64,000 nucleotides of DNA from Macrostomum hystrix. Taxonomy: Eukaryota > Animalia > Platyhelminthes. The stretch lies in NCBI GenBank assembly GCA_950097015.1, contig CATNEN010000030.1, positions 1,736,001 through 1,800,000 on the forward strand, given 5' to 3'. The position numbers and the translations under genes are program-made. Below are positions 11,801 to 21,626 of this stretch, piece by piece; position 1 is the first letter of the stretch, and each line of letters begins with the position of its first letter. The notes below the pieces were generated by a model that saw nothing but the letters and a program-made list of their open reading frames with translations, ran no database searches and was not told where the DNA came from.

Positions 11801-14800
11801 GCAGGTGTGTGAGTGTGTGTGCTTATGAGTCAGTGGAATGGGCAAAGTGTCTCTCGCTGGCTGCGGGTCTGCTGTCACCAAATGATTCACCCACAGCCCT
11901 CCTGCAAATATTGCAACTATTATTGCATGCATAACGCACTGACTCACCCGGAGGTTCCTAAGCAGCTTCTGCTTATCCTTGCACGGCTCCCCGTTGACCA
12001 CCATGAAGTCACGCAACTCCTTGAGTGCGTGGCAGATGCCGAACGTCTCCTTGCCAACCAGCTGCTTGCCGCTCTGGCGCTGTGGACACAGTGATAAGCT
12101 CGCAGACTGACGTCAAGCACTTTTGAATGGGGCATGATGAGACTTGTAACAGAAATAAGAAACTCTAGCTCACCATCTCAATCAGATTCTGCAGAAATGG
12201 AACCATGCCCGCAACAAAGTTGAAGTTTTGCACGTGCTGCTCTTCAACTTTCTTGATTGTGTACGCGTCGTCATAGCGACGATCGGAACAGCACGTAACC
12301 TTAAAAGCGATTTAGAATAAGCGTGTTTCAGGATCTGATTCGCGATGTCTGCATGATAAGTTCAAAGTTGGCGAAGGCCTCTATAATTCTGCTTTCGCTC
12401 AACTAAGAGGTGTAAGAGGTAAGCAAGTGGTCACATCTTTCGCCTGTTTATAAAAGCTTGCTATATGGGTAGCTGTCACCCAAAGCTATCATCAGATTTG
12501 GCTGTATTTCCAACGATGCGCTCTCAGAGAATGCTAACAAAACAATTACACTGACCGCTGAGAACCAAATTCTCACCTCTCTGAGCTCTCCGCCGTCCCA
12601 GCGAAGAGCCTTCATCGACTTCTCGTCCTCCATGTTAAGAAACTCGCGCCTCTCGTACGCTTTATCTGTGGTATTGAAGGATACAAGAGGAGATCGAAAG
12701 TGCTAGGTCCGCTCATGTCCTTTGTTAATAATCGATACGAAACTTAAACTCCCGTGACTAGGCGAGACACAGCGAGGTTAAAACAATCTTTATCCTATCA
12801 TGAAAGAGTCGAAAATGTACACCCTCGTACATATGAATTGGCAATATGTACAGTTAGAGAGACATATTAATTGTCTGGCCCAATTGTGCGGCACTTCCAA
12901 TGGCTGACTACAACTGTTCAGCTGTGGACAGAGGAGGCCGCAATGCCCAAACAAAATCTTCAAATTTCTACTTCAGCTGACGCCGATACCCATTTTTACA
13001 GACGACCGAAGCTCTAAAATTTCGAAAATTTCTCAACACAGACCTTTGATTGCGTGAAGCCAGCTGCCAGTGATGACGTGCTCGATGCGGGCGTAGCTCT
13101 CGAACTTTAGCTCTGCAGTCTCCTGCAGCACAGGGTGCATCTTGAACACAGTGTGCGGGTCCGTGGCGTCGTCCAGAAGCGAGACCATATAGCCACTGCC
13201 CTCCTGCTGAAGGCAGAGGTACTTCCGGGTGGTGGCATGACGGAAACGGAACTGCTGGTCCCATGTGAGAATGTCACCATTTAGCATGGTTTTCTCAGAC
13301 TCCACCTGCCAGTAGGTGATTGCAGAAGTGGACTGGCGAAGGGTGCGCGCGTTCAACTGGTCCACCTCGCGAATACGCAGGTGCACTGTAAACGCAGGAT
13401 AGAGTAGTTCGAACTCAATAAAGTCTATTCAAATGACTCATGAACGAACTCATTTTTTTCTGAATAAATTTCTCATGGATATCGTCTTTTGCGAATCGAG
13501 TAATTATTAACCTCATGTTTCTTACCGCCTTCTATCACTTCGTCGTCAAACAGACCCTCTGCCACCACGTAGGCCTCTAATTCTTTATGAAACAGCTGAA
13601 CGAACTGGCCGCCCTGTCAAGGTAGATGAGCAGAGTTGAGCAGAGTTGTATTAATAAATTTTGTGCTCACATCCATGTTATTGTCTCTTTACCCTGGCGA
13701 AGGCTTCGAATTCGCTGAATTGAGAATGCGACTTCAGAATTGTGAAACCAGTCTGGTCGACTCCTAAGTTGAGCTCAGATCTGAAATCATTATATTCTTC
13801 AATGGAATCGACATGTGCATCGATGACTACTGCTGGTTGTCTTGAAAGTAGTAGTGCAAGTGAACTCACACAATGCGTCCAGTCTCAATCGGAAAGCCGT
13901 GGCTGGCGTGAAAAAAGTGGCCCGGACTTTTGATGGACTCAAACGAGATCTGGTCCAGGAGTTGCACCTTTATGAACAATGAACAAAGCATGGACATTTG
14001 TGAAGCGGGCCTTGAGTTAAAGCAGTCAAACTGAGTCCAGAAAAATCCGACTCACATATTCACCCTCCGATTTGACTTTGTAACGGGGCAGAATGCGAAA
14101 CTGGGCGTTCTTAGAGTTGTACTCGTGAAGGGATAACTGTAAGAGAGGAAATCCAACGTTGTGTAGCAATTAAACTTTTAAATTATTGCTTGGTATTTTA
14201 TTAAAGTTCTGATATTTTTTACCTGGACATTTTCATTTATCGCGCCTCACTTAACATCTCTTAGTAGAATGAAAGATCACAAGGTCTTTTAAATGCCCAC
14301 ACTTATTATTTTCTGTCGTCATTAAAATCCAGAACAGGGCCTACAATTTCCGCTCAATCCGATAAAACAACTTTCAGAATCACAAAATATCGGCATCGTC
14401 GAGTTATTCAACGATTCTCGTCGGGGGTGTTCAAAGGCGAAAAAAATCGGTGCAATATAGAGCAATATCAGTTGTCCACGTCACCAGGGTCTTTGACAAG
14501 AATCGCTGAATATATCGCTGATGCTGACGCCGGACGGCTTTGAAAGTAATTTCATTGCAAAGGGTGGAAAATTTTGATCCAAATGGTGGACTTTCGCGAA
14601 ACTTTATTTGCTTCAACAGCCGGTATTCGCTACCCTGTCGGCAGCGACTGTCTGAATTTGCCTGTGTCCTAATAACACCCAGACGTATGCAGGTCTTGGC
14701 GCGGCCCTATAGTCCCAGCAGCATTGTGAACCCAATCAGCACCTGTGTCGCACTCACCAGCATATTGTTCTTGTCATACTGGCTAGTCTGGTTAGTGTTC

Positions 14801-17800
14801 ACGTGGACAAACTTGCCTGTGAAGACATGCTTCAGCTGAAAATAGTTGTGGCTTGTCTTAGCAATTGTCTTAGTCTCTTCAGGCGATATAACTGCACTAC
14901 AGACCTCCGAAACACAGCATAAAGTTCGACATCTAAGTATAGATCAGGGGTCGGCAAACTCATTAGCGTGTGGGCCACGGAGAGAACCAAAAAGACAAAA
15001 GTGGGCCGCATCGACTGTAGGAATATGAGAAAGGAGAGAGATAAGACAGTGGGAGATGAGACAGAAGAGATGAGACCGAGGAGAGATGAGACCGAGGAGA
15101 GATGAGACCGAGGAGAGATGAGACCGAGGAGAGATGAGACCGAGGAGAGATGAGACCGAGGAGAGATGAGACCGAGGAGAGATGAGACCGAGGAGAGATG
15201 AGACCGAGGAGAGATGAGACCGAGGAGAGATGAGACCGAGGAGAGATGAGACCGAGGAGAGATGAGACCGAGGAGAGATGAGACCGAGGAGAGATGAGAC
15301 CGAGGAGAGATGAGACCGAGGAGAGATGAGACCGAGGAGAGATGAGACCGAGGAGAGATGAGACCGAGGAGAGATGAGACCGAGGAGAGATGAGACCGAG
15401 GAGAGATGAGACCGAGGAGAGATGAGACCGAGGAGAGATGAGACCGAGGAGAGATGAGACACAGGATGAGATCTTTAGCCTTTTCTTTATTGATTTATTG
15501 ACAGAAATAAATCTTATGTCATTTATTTTATATAGTTCAATGATACAACTGATGTGTCATCGCCAGACCGAACCAAGTAAATATTATATTAATTATAGAT
15601 GAAATACCTGTTCCAAACTGTTTCGAACCAACCTGAATAATCTCGCCGTAGCGAACTCGCTTGCCCTGGTTCCGCTTCTGCTCTGCCATGTTGTCGACAT
15701 TCTCAGCATTTGCTGCGCATTTTGCCTGCTCGAAGTGCTGCTTCACCTCCAGACTGTCTCTAGCTTCGCTGCCGCCTCCGCCACCTGCGCCTAGGGCGAC
15801 CGCGCCCCCAACGCCTCCGCCACCGACTCCGGACGCGCCAACACCGGTGCTCGTGCTGACACCGATTCCTCCATTATCTCCGCCGCCACCTGCGGCACCG
15901 CCACCGCTGCCGCCGCTACCAATGCTAGGGCCGCTGGAGGCCGACTTGGCACTGACCAGTTTTCTGTACTTCTTGTCCAGCTTGTATCTGTTCTGGATGC
16001 ATACTTGAAATAGAAGCACTGGAAATTCAACGGGGTGAAAAAAACCTTCTGTGGTCGCTACGAGTGATTCCCAAACCGATTAGAGATTTGGTAGATCTTG
16101 TGGTCGCTACGAGTGATTCCCAAACCGATTAGAGATTTGGTAGATCTTGTGGTCGCTACGAGTGATTCCCAAACCGATTAGAGATTTGGTAGATCTTGTG
16201 GTCGCTACGAGTGATTCCCAAACCGATTAGAGATTTGGTAGATCTTGTGGTCGCTACGAGTGATTCCCAAACCGATTAGAGATTTGGTAGATCTTGTGGT
16301 CGCTACGAGTGATTCCCAAACCGATTAGAGATTTGGTAGATCTTGTGGTCGCTACGAGTGATTCCCAAACCGATTAGAGATTTGGTAGATCTTGTGGTCG
16401 CTACGAGTGATTCCTAAACCGATTAGAGATTTGGTAGATCTTGTTCAGCCCTGTCGACAAAACAAAAAACTGCTGAAATTTAGTGATACATTTCTATTCA
16501 ACATGGCTTGCAATGTTGAGACAGTCTGGAGTCTCCGTTTCGCTGCCACAAAAGCTGGTTGGAGGCCTCTCTCTCTATCGCCATTCCCAGATCCGATCGT
16601 TCTCTTAGTTTCGGCGTGGAGGCAGAATTAGTCAGTTGATTGGCTCCACAGCCGGATGAAGCTATAAATTATTAAATTGACTCCCCGAAAAGTCGATTGA
16701 CCAGTCGCGCCGGACACAAATAGCTCGGAGACAGTTGGTACACCCACTCCCTGTCCCTGGCGTAGCTGTCACAGATGTCTGCGTCCCCTTTTCCGCAATC
16801 AAATTTTCCCCAGCGAGTCATGCCGGTGCGAGCCGAGCGAGACAGTTGCCAAAAAGCAGACGCGCCGATAGGGAAAAGTAGAGGCTGCTCTGTCGCATGC
16901 CTATAGCTCAACCGCTAATGCACCTCAGCGCAGATCGCGATGGTGAAAAAGCCGGGATATCGCATGATCAAAACAGAAGAGATGATTTATGAACAAATAT
17001 TTTGGAGTTTGGAACCAAAGGCTTTGAATCTGTGAAAGTCTGTGAGACAAGAGTCTACGCTTGTGTGGGATTAAGCACGGCTCAAAATAAGACCATTGTG
17101 TAGTAGAAGGGAGGTAAATTACGGTTTTAATCAAGATATTTCATATCGCTGAAAAAGGGGATATGCGTAGAGCCTAGTTAATAAAATATTTTAGTTGATA
17201 TAACTAAAGGCCACTTATATTAAATGCTCAGTACTGTACATAATTTATATTATATGATAATTCCCACACACTCACCCTGGGGGTCCGGCACCTGGATGGG
17301 ATGGTCCCTCTCCAAATTGTGGTACACAAACAGGCCATTGTAGGCATTGCTGAAATGAAAGGAGAAAGGAGGGGAAGTCTGCGCTTGATCACGAGTGCGT
17401 GCCTGTGCGGACTTGGCTCTCTTGACTGCGGCATCAGCAATGGTGCCGCCAAGGACCAGCTGCTTGTCTCTGCCTCAGCCCGACACCCATTGGTCCTCAT
17501 GCATACTGCAGTAGCGGCGCTGAAGAAACCACGCAGTTCTCGAGGTTCTAGTTTTTCAGCATGAAAAATCTCGCTGAATAATTTATTATTTAGTCCAGCC
17601 CTGACAGCTGAGCCGGCGCAACGACCTGCGCCTCGTTGCTTCCAAATGGAGTATAGCTCTGCCAGTCTTGCCAGACAGCCTCAAGAACTGCCACACGCCA
17701 CAGACACTGCAGCACGGGAGACAGATGAAGGGGAATTATGGCTGCTCTCTGTTCACTGAACTCAAGAGAAGAGAGAAGATGTTTGCGTAGTTCATGCGGC

Positions 17801-18576
17801 CGCTGGAGTCGAAAAGTAATGCAAACATGCAGAAGCCGCAGTTTACATGCAGTAAACGGCATCGTCGAGGTATTCAGACCGTGGTGACAAGGACAACTAA
17901 CTGTACGCTCGTATAAACCTCTGTGGCGAATCCATATTGATTCAATAATATAAAAAGTAACTATATATAATCAATAAAAAAATGAACAGTAATCGCCGAA
18001 ATGGTCACGTGATGAAATTTTTTGAGCAGAAAAATATGCCTATCTTGGCGATGCTGATGTATTGTGATTCTTAAAGTTGTTTCATCGGCTAGAGAATACA
18101 TTTTTAGGCTGTGTTCTTCATTTTCAAGGCGATTGCTTGAATATTTTGGTATTTGATCGTCTGCATCGTCTTTCTACGAGCGTACTCTTAAGGGTCATAA
18201 TAAAGGTGGCATAAACTGCTACGAGTATACGAACTTCTGAACTTTCTATTCGGAACGCTCTAATCTCAGGGCTTGCAACCTTTTTTAAAATATTCAAGAA
18301 GGTGAATATTCTAAACTTTATCTTTCATATATGAACGGTAGAGTTAGCAGAGCTCAGTGGCAAAAAAATATTTGTACGTATTTTCTCTGATAGATAGATT
18401 ATGAAATCATTAAAAATGAATGGCATAAACCAAGTGGATTAGCTAGAATGAAACCCAATTAATCTAATGAGCACTTCTAAAGCTCACCTGGAGCTGTGCG
18501 AGTAGGCGTGCCCGTCCGTGTCCTCGCAGTAGAGACTGATGAAGTCGCCAATGCAGACAAAGCCGGAGTTCATCAT
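607..18576 (-). CDS. ITPR-like: Inositol 1,4,5-trisphosphate receptor-like Ca2+ release channel, multi-exon (about 35 exons in window), 3' end (TM/pore) beyond the left window edge
   Basis: Exons chain with GT-AG boundaries in consistent phase: 18576-18488, 17349-17276, 16018-15633, 14835-14758, 14136-14056, 13967-13693, 13613-13526, 13385-13044, 12665-12577, 12299-12174, 12079-11948, 11585-11400, 11301-11179, 11099-10995, 10926-10735, 10411-10279, 10169-10051, 9588-~9330, ~9167-9008, ~8700-8586, ~8452-8347, 7694-7382, 7067-6608, 6201-5929, and further exons down to 607. Motifs: N-terminal CIGDFISLYCE, MIR-type FRFRHATTRKYL, KQKLLRN, SRKN, RIH LLATCAEGENRYIE, RIH-associated ICDGQHFGLQNYLREQ. 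Confidence 0.93.
1757..1946. repeat. Intronic 29-bp minisatellite (about 6 copies)
   Basis: Unit CAGTGTGTCATGACACCTCAGTGTCTGTT with internal palindrome GTGTCATGACAC. Confidence 0.95.
2357..2429 (-). tRNA. tRNA-Met(CAT), elongator type, intronic and co-oriented with ITPR-like
   Basis: GCCTCGTTAGCGCAGTAGGTAGCGCGTCAGTCTCATAATCTGAAGGTCGTGAGTTCGATCCTCACACGGGGCA: full cloverleaf, A/B boxes, CAT anticodon, downstream T-run terminator. Confidence 0.97.
2905..3523. repeat. Intronic 24-bp minisatellite (about 26 copies)
   Basis: Unit GGTTCAGTGGGTTGCTCAGAGGGT with variants; lies between the donor at about 3618 and the acceptor at about 2851. Confidence 0.95.
4330..4654 (-). mobile_element. tRNA-derived SINE family B
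   Basis: Head TGGCAGAGCGG (A box) plus GCTCGATTCC (B-like), body TTTACGCCCTTCAGGGCCAACC..CAGTGTACAC; homologous to 11643-11900, 39580-39843 and 50810-51055. Confidence 0.75.
6275..6530 (+). mobile_element. tRNA-derived SINE with CORE-like motif
   Basis: A box TAGGCCAGCGG, B box GTTCGAATC (6329-6337), followed by GTCCTTGAGCAAGACA, which resembles the CORE-SINE motif; no tRNA acceptor stem. Confidence 0.65.
8030..8334 (-). mobile_element. tRNA-derived SINE family A, full length with 13-bp TSD
   Basis: Flanked by the direct repeat ATTGCAAACCTAC (8017-8029 and 8335-8347). Head TAGCCTAGTGG...GGTTCGATTTCC; 3' end GCTGTCGGCTTCACACCTGGCCC is shared with 59870-60160. Confidence 0.85.
10995..12665 (-). 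CDS. ITPR-like: ITPR-like exons encoding the IP3-binding-core alpha/RIH1 region
   Basis: KDKQKLLRNLRVIDLL (cf. RERQKLMREQ), MLGNSRKNALYFAK (cf. QQDYRKNQEYIAK), MKDNRKIVDRI, YLELLKVLCVCNGVAITDNQ. Confidence 0.9.
11643..11900 (+). mobile_element. tRNA-derived SINE family B (B box region deleted)
   Basis: GGGGTGAGTGGCAGAGCGG head and TTTACGTCCTTGAGGGCCAACC body match the other family B copies. Confidence 0.7.
13044..14835 (-). CDS. ITPR-like: ITPR-like exons encoding the beta-trefoil/MIR domains
   Basis: LKHVFTGKFVHV, AQFRILPRYKVKSEGEY, SELNLGVDQT, VHLRIREVD, FRFRHATTRKYLCL, YARIEHVITGSWLH are recognisable IP3R/RyR MIR motifs. Confidence 0.88.
15055..15460. repeat. Intronic 16-bp GA-rich minisatellite (about 25 near-identical copies)
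   Basis: Unit GAGACCGAGGAGAGAT. Confidence 0.97.
15633..18576 (-). CDS. ITPR-like: ITPR-like exons 1-3 (suppressor domain), missed or only partly seen by the ORF track
   Basis: Spliced reading is MMNSGFVCIGDFISLYCEDTDGHAYSHSS/SNAYNGLFVYHNLERDHPIQVPDPQ/VLLFQVCIQNRYK...RVRYGEIIQ. Donors CAG|GTGAG (18488), G|GTGAG (17276), CAG|GTTGG (15633); phases match. Confidence 0.85.
16049..16443. repeat. Intronic 49-bp tandem repeat (about 8 copies), ending about 30 nt from the exon-3 acceptor
   Basis: Unit CTTGTGGTCGCTACGAGTGATTCCCAAACCGATTAGAGATTTGGTAGAT; period 49 (16051 to 16100); no spacers. Confidence 0.97.
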
Positions 18577-19565
18577 CGTGTCCAGCTCTGAGCGCCCGCT
18601 GACGCCGCGTGAAGGATGATAGGCTGCACGTCGTGTCAAAGTCTTGTGGGCTGCAGGGTCTTAATTTATATTTCGGAACTGGGCTCGGATTGGGTCTGGA
18701 TGGCGAGTGCATTCAATCCATGCATTGGCCAGTCAGTTCAGCTCTGGGCGCAAATTGGTATCCCCAGGGTTTGGTGCGGGAAGTCACGCATGGAAATCCT
18801 CATAGGTCTAATGACAAGCGCCTTGTCTTGGTAAATCAAGTGCGAGCACACAGATTTGACAGGACACAATGAACTGTTGCGCCTCAGCAGATTTTTATGC
18901 ACGCTGCCTACGCACTGAAGTTCGACTTGATTTGATAGTACTTTAACCTTAAGAACTCTAGATCAGAGCAAACCAACACGGCAGCGTACAGTCCAAACAG
19001 TTCGCCTAACAACAGAAAGTTTAGAGATAAGCGGCGACTCAGCTAAATGATGAAATCCTAAACACACCCCTCTCACTGAGCTATTTTGCATCTATCAGGG
19101 ATCACGAAAGCACCGGAAGTTCACTATTCCATCCTGGCCAAGGCCAAATAAATTGGCCGTCCCTTTTCATTGCGGCTTCAGCAGCCTCCCAACCGATGTG
19201 GTTGCAGCTCCAGGGTCCAGAAATTGATCGCGCCGCCGTCCACAATAAGCGATTTTTATCCTAATAAAAACTGATTGGGAGCCTAGGAAATTTGAGAACA
19301 GCAGCTCGGCTGGAACAATAGGACAGTGGAATTGATAGATGCGAGAAAAACGGTCCGCAGCGGTTTCCGTTCTAGACTCTTTCAGCATTAAACTAGATTA
19401 GCTGCACCCAACACACAGCTCCATTGAAACGCAGATACTGTTTAGGTTCGCCACGTTTCAATCATGTGAATTCGTCGAATTTTTCGCTTCAATGTTTCTC
19501 GATCTTTAAGCTTTCTTTCGTGGCTTTCTAATCGAGTTTCCCTCTGCCATGTAGATTTTGACAAA

Positions 19566-20012
19566 TTTTATACCAAGGCGGATTTCAGCACCTGAACAAC
19601 TTTTTGTGCTGCACCCGCAACGGAGCAACGCAAGCACACGAGACTCAAGAAAACGGGTCAATTTTTTGTTTGGCATATTCTAGAACAATGGTCAAGTCAC
19701 CAGCCCTTGAGACCATTGAGATATTTAACAGTTCTGGTCGAAAGTCAGATTTTTTCTATTAGCAATTGTGTTTTTCACACACGAATTTGCACTGCGCCTC
19801 AGTGCAGCGGCCTTGCCAGGCCGTCAAACTTTATCAGCATGTCACCCGCACGTGCCTGCATCATCTCCGACTTCTGTGGTCACCGACCTTGATCTATAGA
19901 CGGAGCTCAGACCGTCGGCCCGTGTTCTTGAGTTTCGTGTGCTCGCGTTGCTCCGTTCGGGTACAGAAAAAAATAATTGTTCAGGTGCAAAAATCCCCTT
20001 GGTATAAAAACG
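19566..20012. mobile_element. Foldback/MITE-like element with about 95-bp imperfect inverted arms
   Basis: 19566-19660 (TTTTATACCAAGG...CTCAAGAAAACGGG) is the reverse complement, with scattered mismatches, of 19918-20012. Confidence 0.7.
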
Positions 20013-21074
20013 GGTGGCAAAATGGCTTGGGTAGTCCTACTTTTAAATCAAGGGGCTCTGAAAGATTTTAAGCTTCATAAATAATGACAGACTAACTGGC
20101 TAATGGGCCATAAAAGTACTGGCGCTAATTTTTATCGATGACTGCGTTTGCGTTCGCAGCAGTCTCTCTATCAATCAATTAAGCAAGGTCTATGACTGCT
20201 AAATTATTTATTGGATAGAATAAGCGGTCGACGTCAATTTTCATGCTCATTTTGAACATTTCAGATCATTTTTGGCGCAATTCATTCCATAGAAATATTG
20301 AAGTATAAGCATACGCGAGTCGGCTTGCCTTAATGCATAGCTCACACATCAATTTCATCGACCTGCATTGTCTGCAGTCGAGGGTCGCAGAAGCTCGTAT
20401 TTTGTGTCCCCTCCTGGTTTTTTAGTGACGCAGTTTCAAATTGACCTTTGGCTTTACTACATGATCTGGAACCGATGGTCGTTTGCGCAGGTATTCAGAC
20501 AAAATATTCAAAATATCAACATAGAAAAAATGCGGGATGCATATATTTATTTACAATTTTTAGCTAAACGACGAATTAACCTGAAGACACCTGTCGGATG
20601 AGCCTATAAAATTTATCCTGAAGTCATCGATACTAGAATATAGTTGGTTCTAGACGTTTCTTGTATCTATGCCTGCAAGCTAGAAACACACACATGCAAG
20701 CCTGTGAAACTGAGTACACGACTCCGCAAGTGTAATAATATGACAACAATTTGGGTTCATTAAGGTAAATCAGGTGAACGCGATTATGATTTCGCGTTTC
20801 AAATAACAATATTAATTAATCGATTGGCGGTTAGTGTTCTTTCAACTGTTCTTTCGAAGCGACGAAAATATGAGCGATAAAAATCGAAGCAAGCTTTTAA
20901 TTATAACAAAACAATATCAACAGAAACACAACATTGTGTTTCACATTAAAACGTATTCTAAGCCTAGCAGAAAAGGATGTTATTTACTAAGCCAGACACA
21001 TCAGCCTGCTAGTCAAATCAGTGATATATATGAGTCCATGTTTGAGCTGAACTTCGAATTAGACGGTATTACTA

Positions 21075-21626
21075 CTAAAAGTAGTTTGTCTGGCTAGGAT
21101 ATTCAGCATAGACCAGTCTGGCTTCGTACTTGTGCTGCTTAACATTCTTAGTGGCGTTCGTACCTGTTGACTCCCCAGGTGCAGACAGATCAGTTTGCAT
21201 TTTCACTATGTTCTCATTCGAACGTTGAGAAGTTTTCTGTTTGCCATGTTGAGTCCGTTTTTCCAGGCTATTCTCGGTTGAAAAATCCTTGCCCAGAACT
21301 GGCAGCACCAAGTAAGTGCTGCCGGGCGGCATGAAAACCATATCTCCTGGCTCTAGGATGAAGCTATACTGCACGAATCTCAGCTCGACGAAGCCCGTGA
21401 CAACACCGACCAGCGTCATGTTGGCCTTGTGATGCATTATGTTCACTGGAGAGTCTATCTTGCCAGCTAAGATCGGCTCGTTGATGTTCTGCCTGATGGT
21501 GCAGCAGCGATCGATCAGCTTGTGGATAAGATCATCGGGTCGGAAGGGGTCGAAGTACTCCTTTACGTATAAGCCCATGACAAGATCACTGTCCTCAAAG
21601 TGGCGCGGTGACGGAAAATTCTCCAT
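21075..21626 (-). CDS. Cupin-fold protein, 183 aa, no intron within the ORF
   Basis: VGVVTGFVELRFVQYSFILEPGDMVFMPPGSTY resembles cupin beta-barrel motif 2 (GDx4PxG). The ATG is immediately preceded by an AG acceptor, and there is an in-frame stop a few codons upstream. Confidence 0.6.
   Translation of the reverse strand: MENFPSPRHFEDSDLVMGLYVKEYFDPFRPDDLIHKLIDRCCTIRQNINEPILAGKIDSPVNIMHHKANMTLVGVVTGFVELRFVQYSFILEPGDMVFMPPGSTYLVLPVLGKDFSTENSLEKRTQHGKQKTSQRSNENIVKMQTDLSAPGESTGTNATKNVKQHKYEARLVYAEYPSQTNYF

Noticed and set aside
14945-15030. Complete hAT/Charlie MITE starting CAGGGGTCGGCAAAC
   Set aside because: Only a left TIR-like end is visible; no right TIR or second TSD was found, so it was not listed as an element. 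The same applies to similar ends near 9674 and 18267.
16049-16443. CRISPR-like array (also considered for the 24245, 40231, 43402, 58411, 60169 and 62802 arrays)
   Set aside because: Units are contiguous with no unique spacers, there are no cas genes, and the context is eukaryotic and intronic or intergenic.
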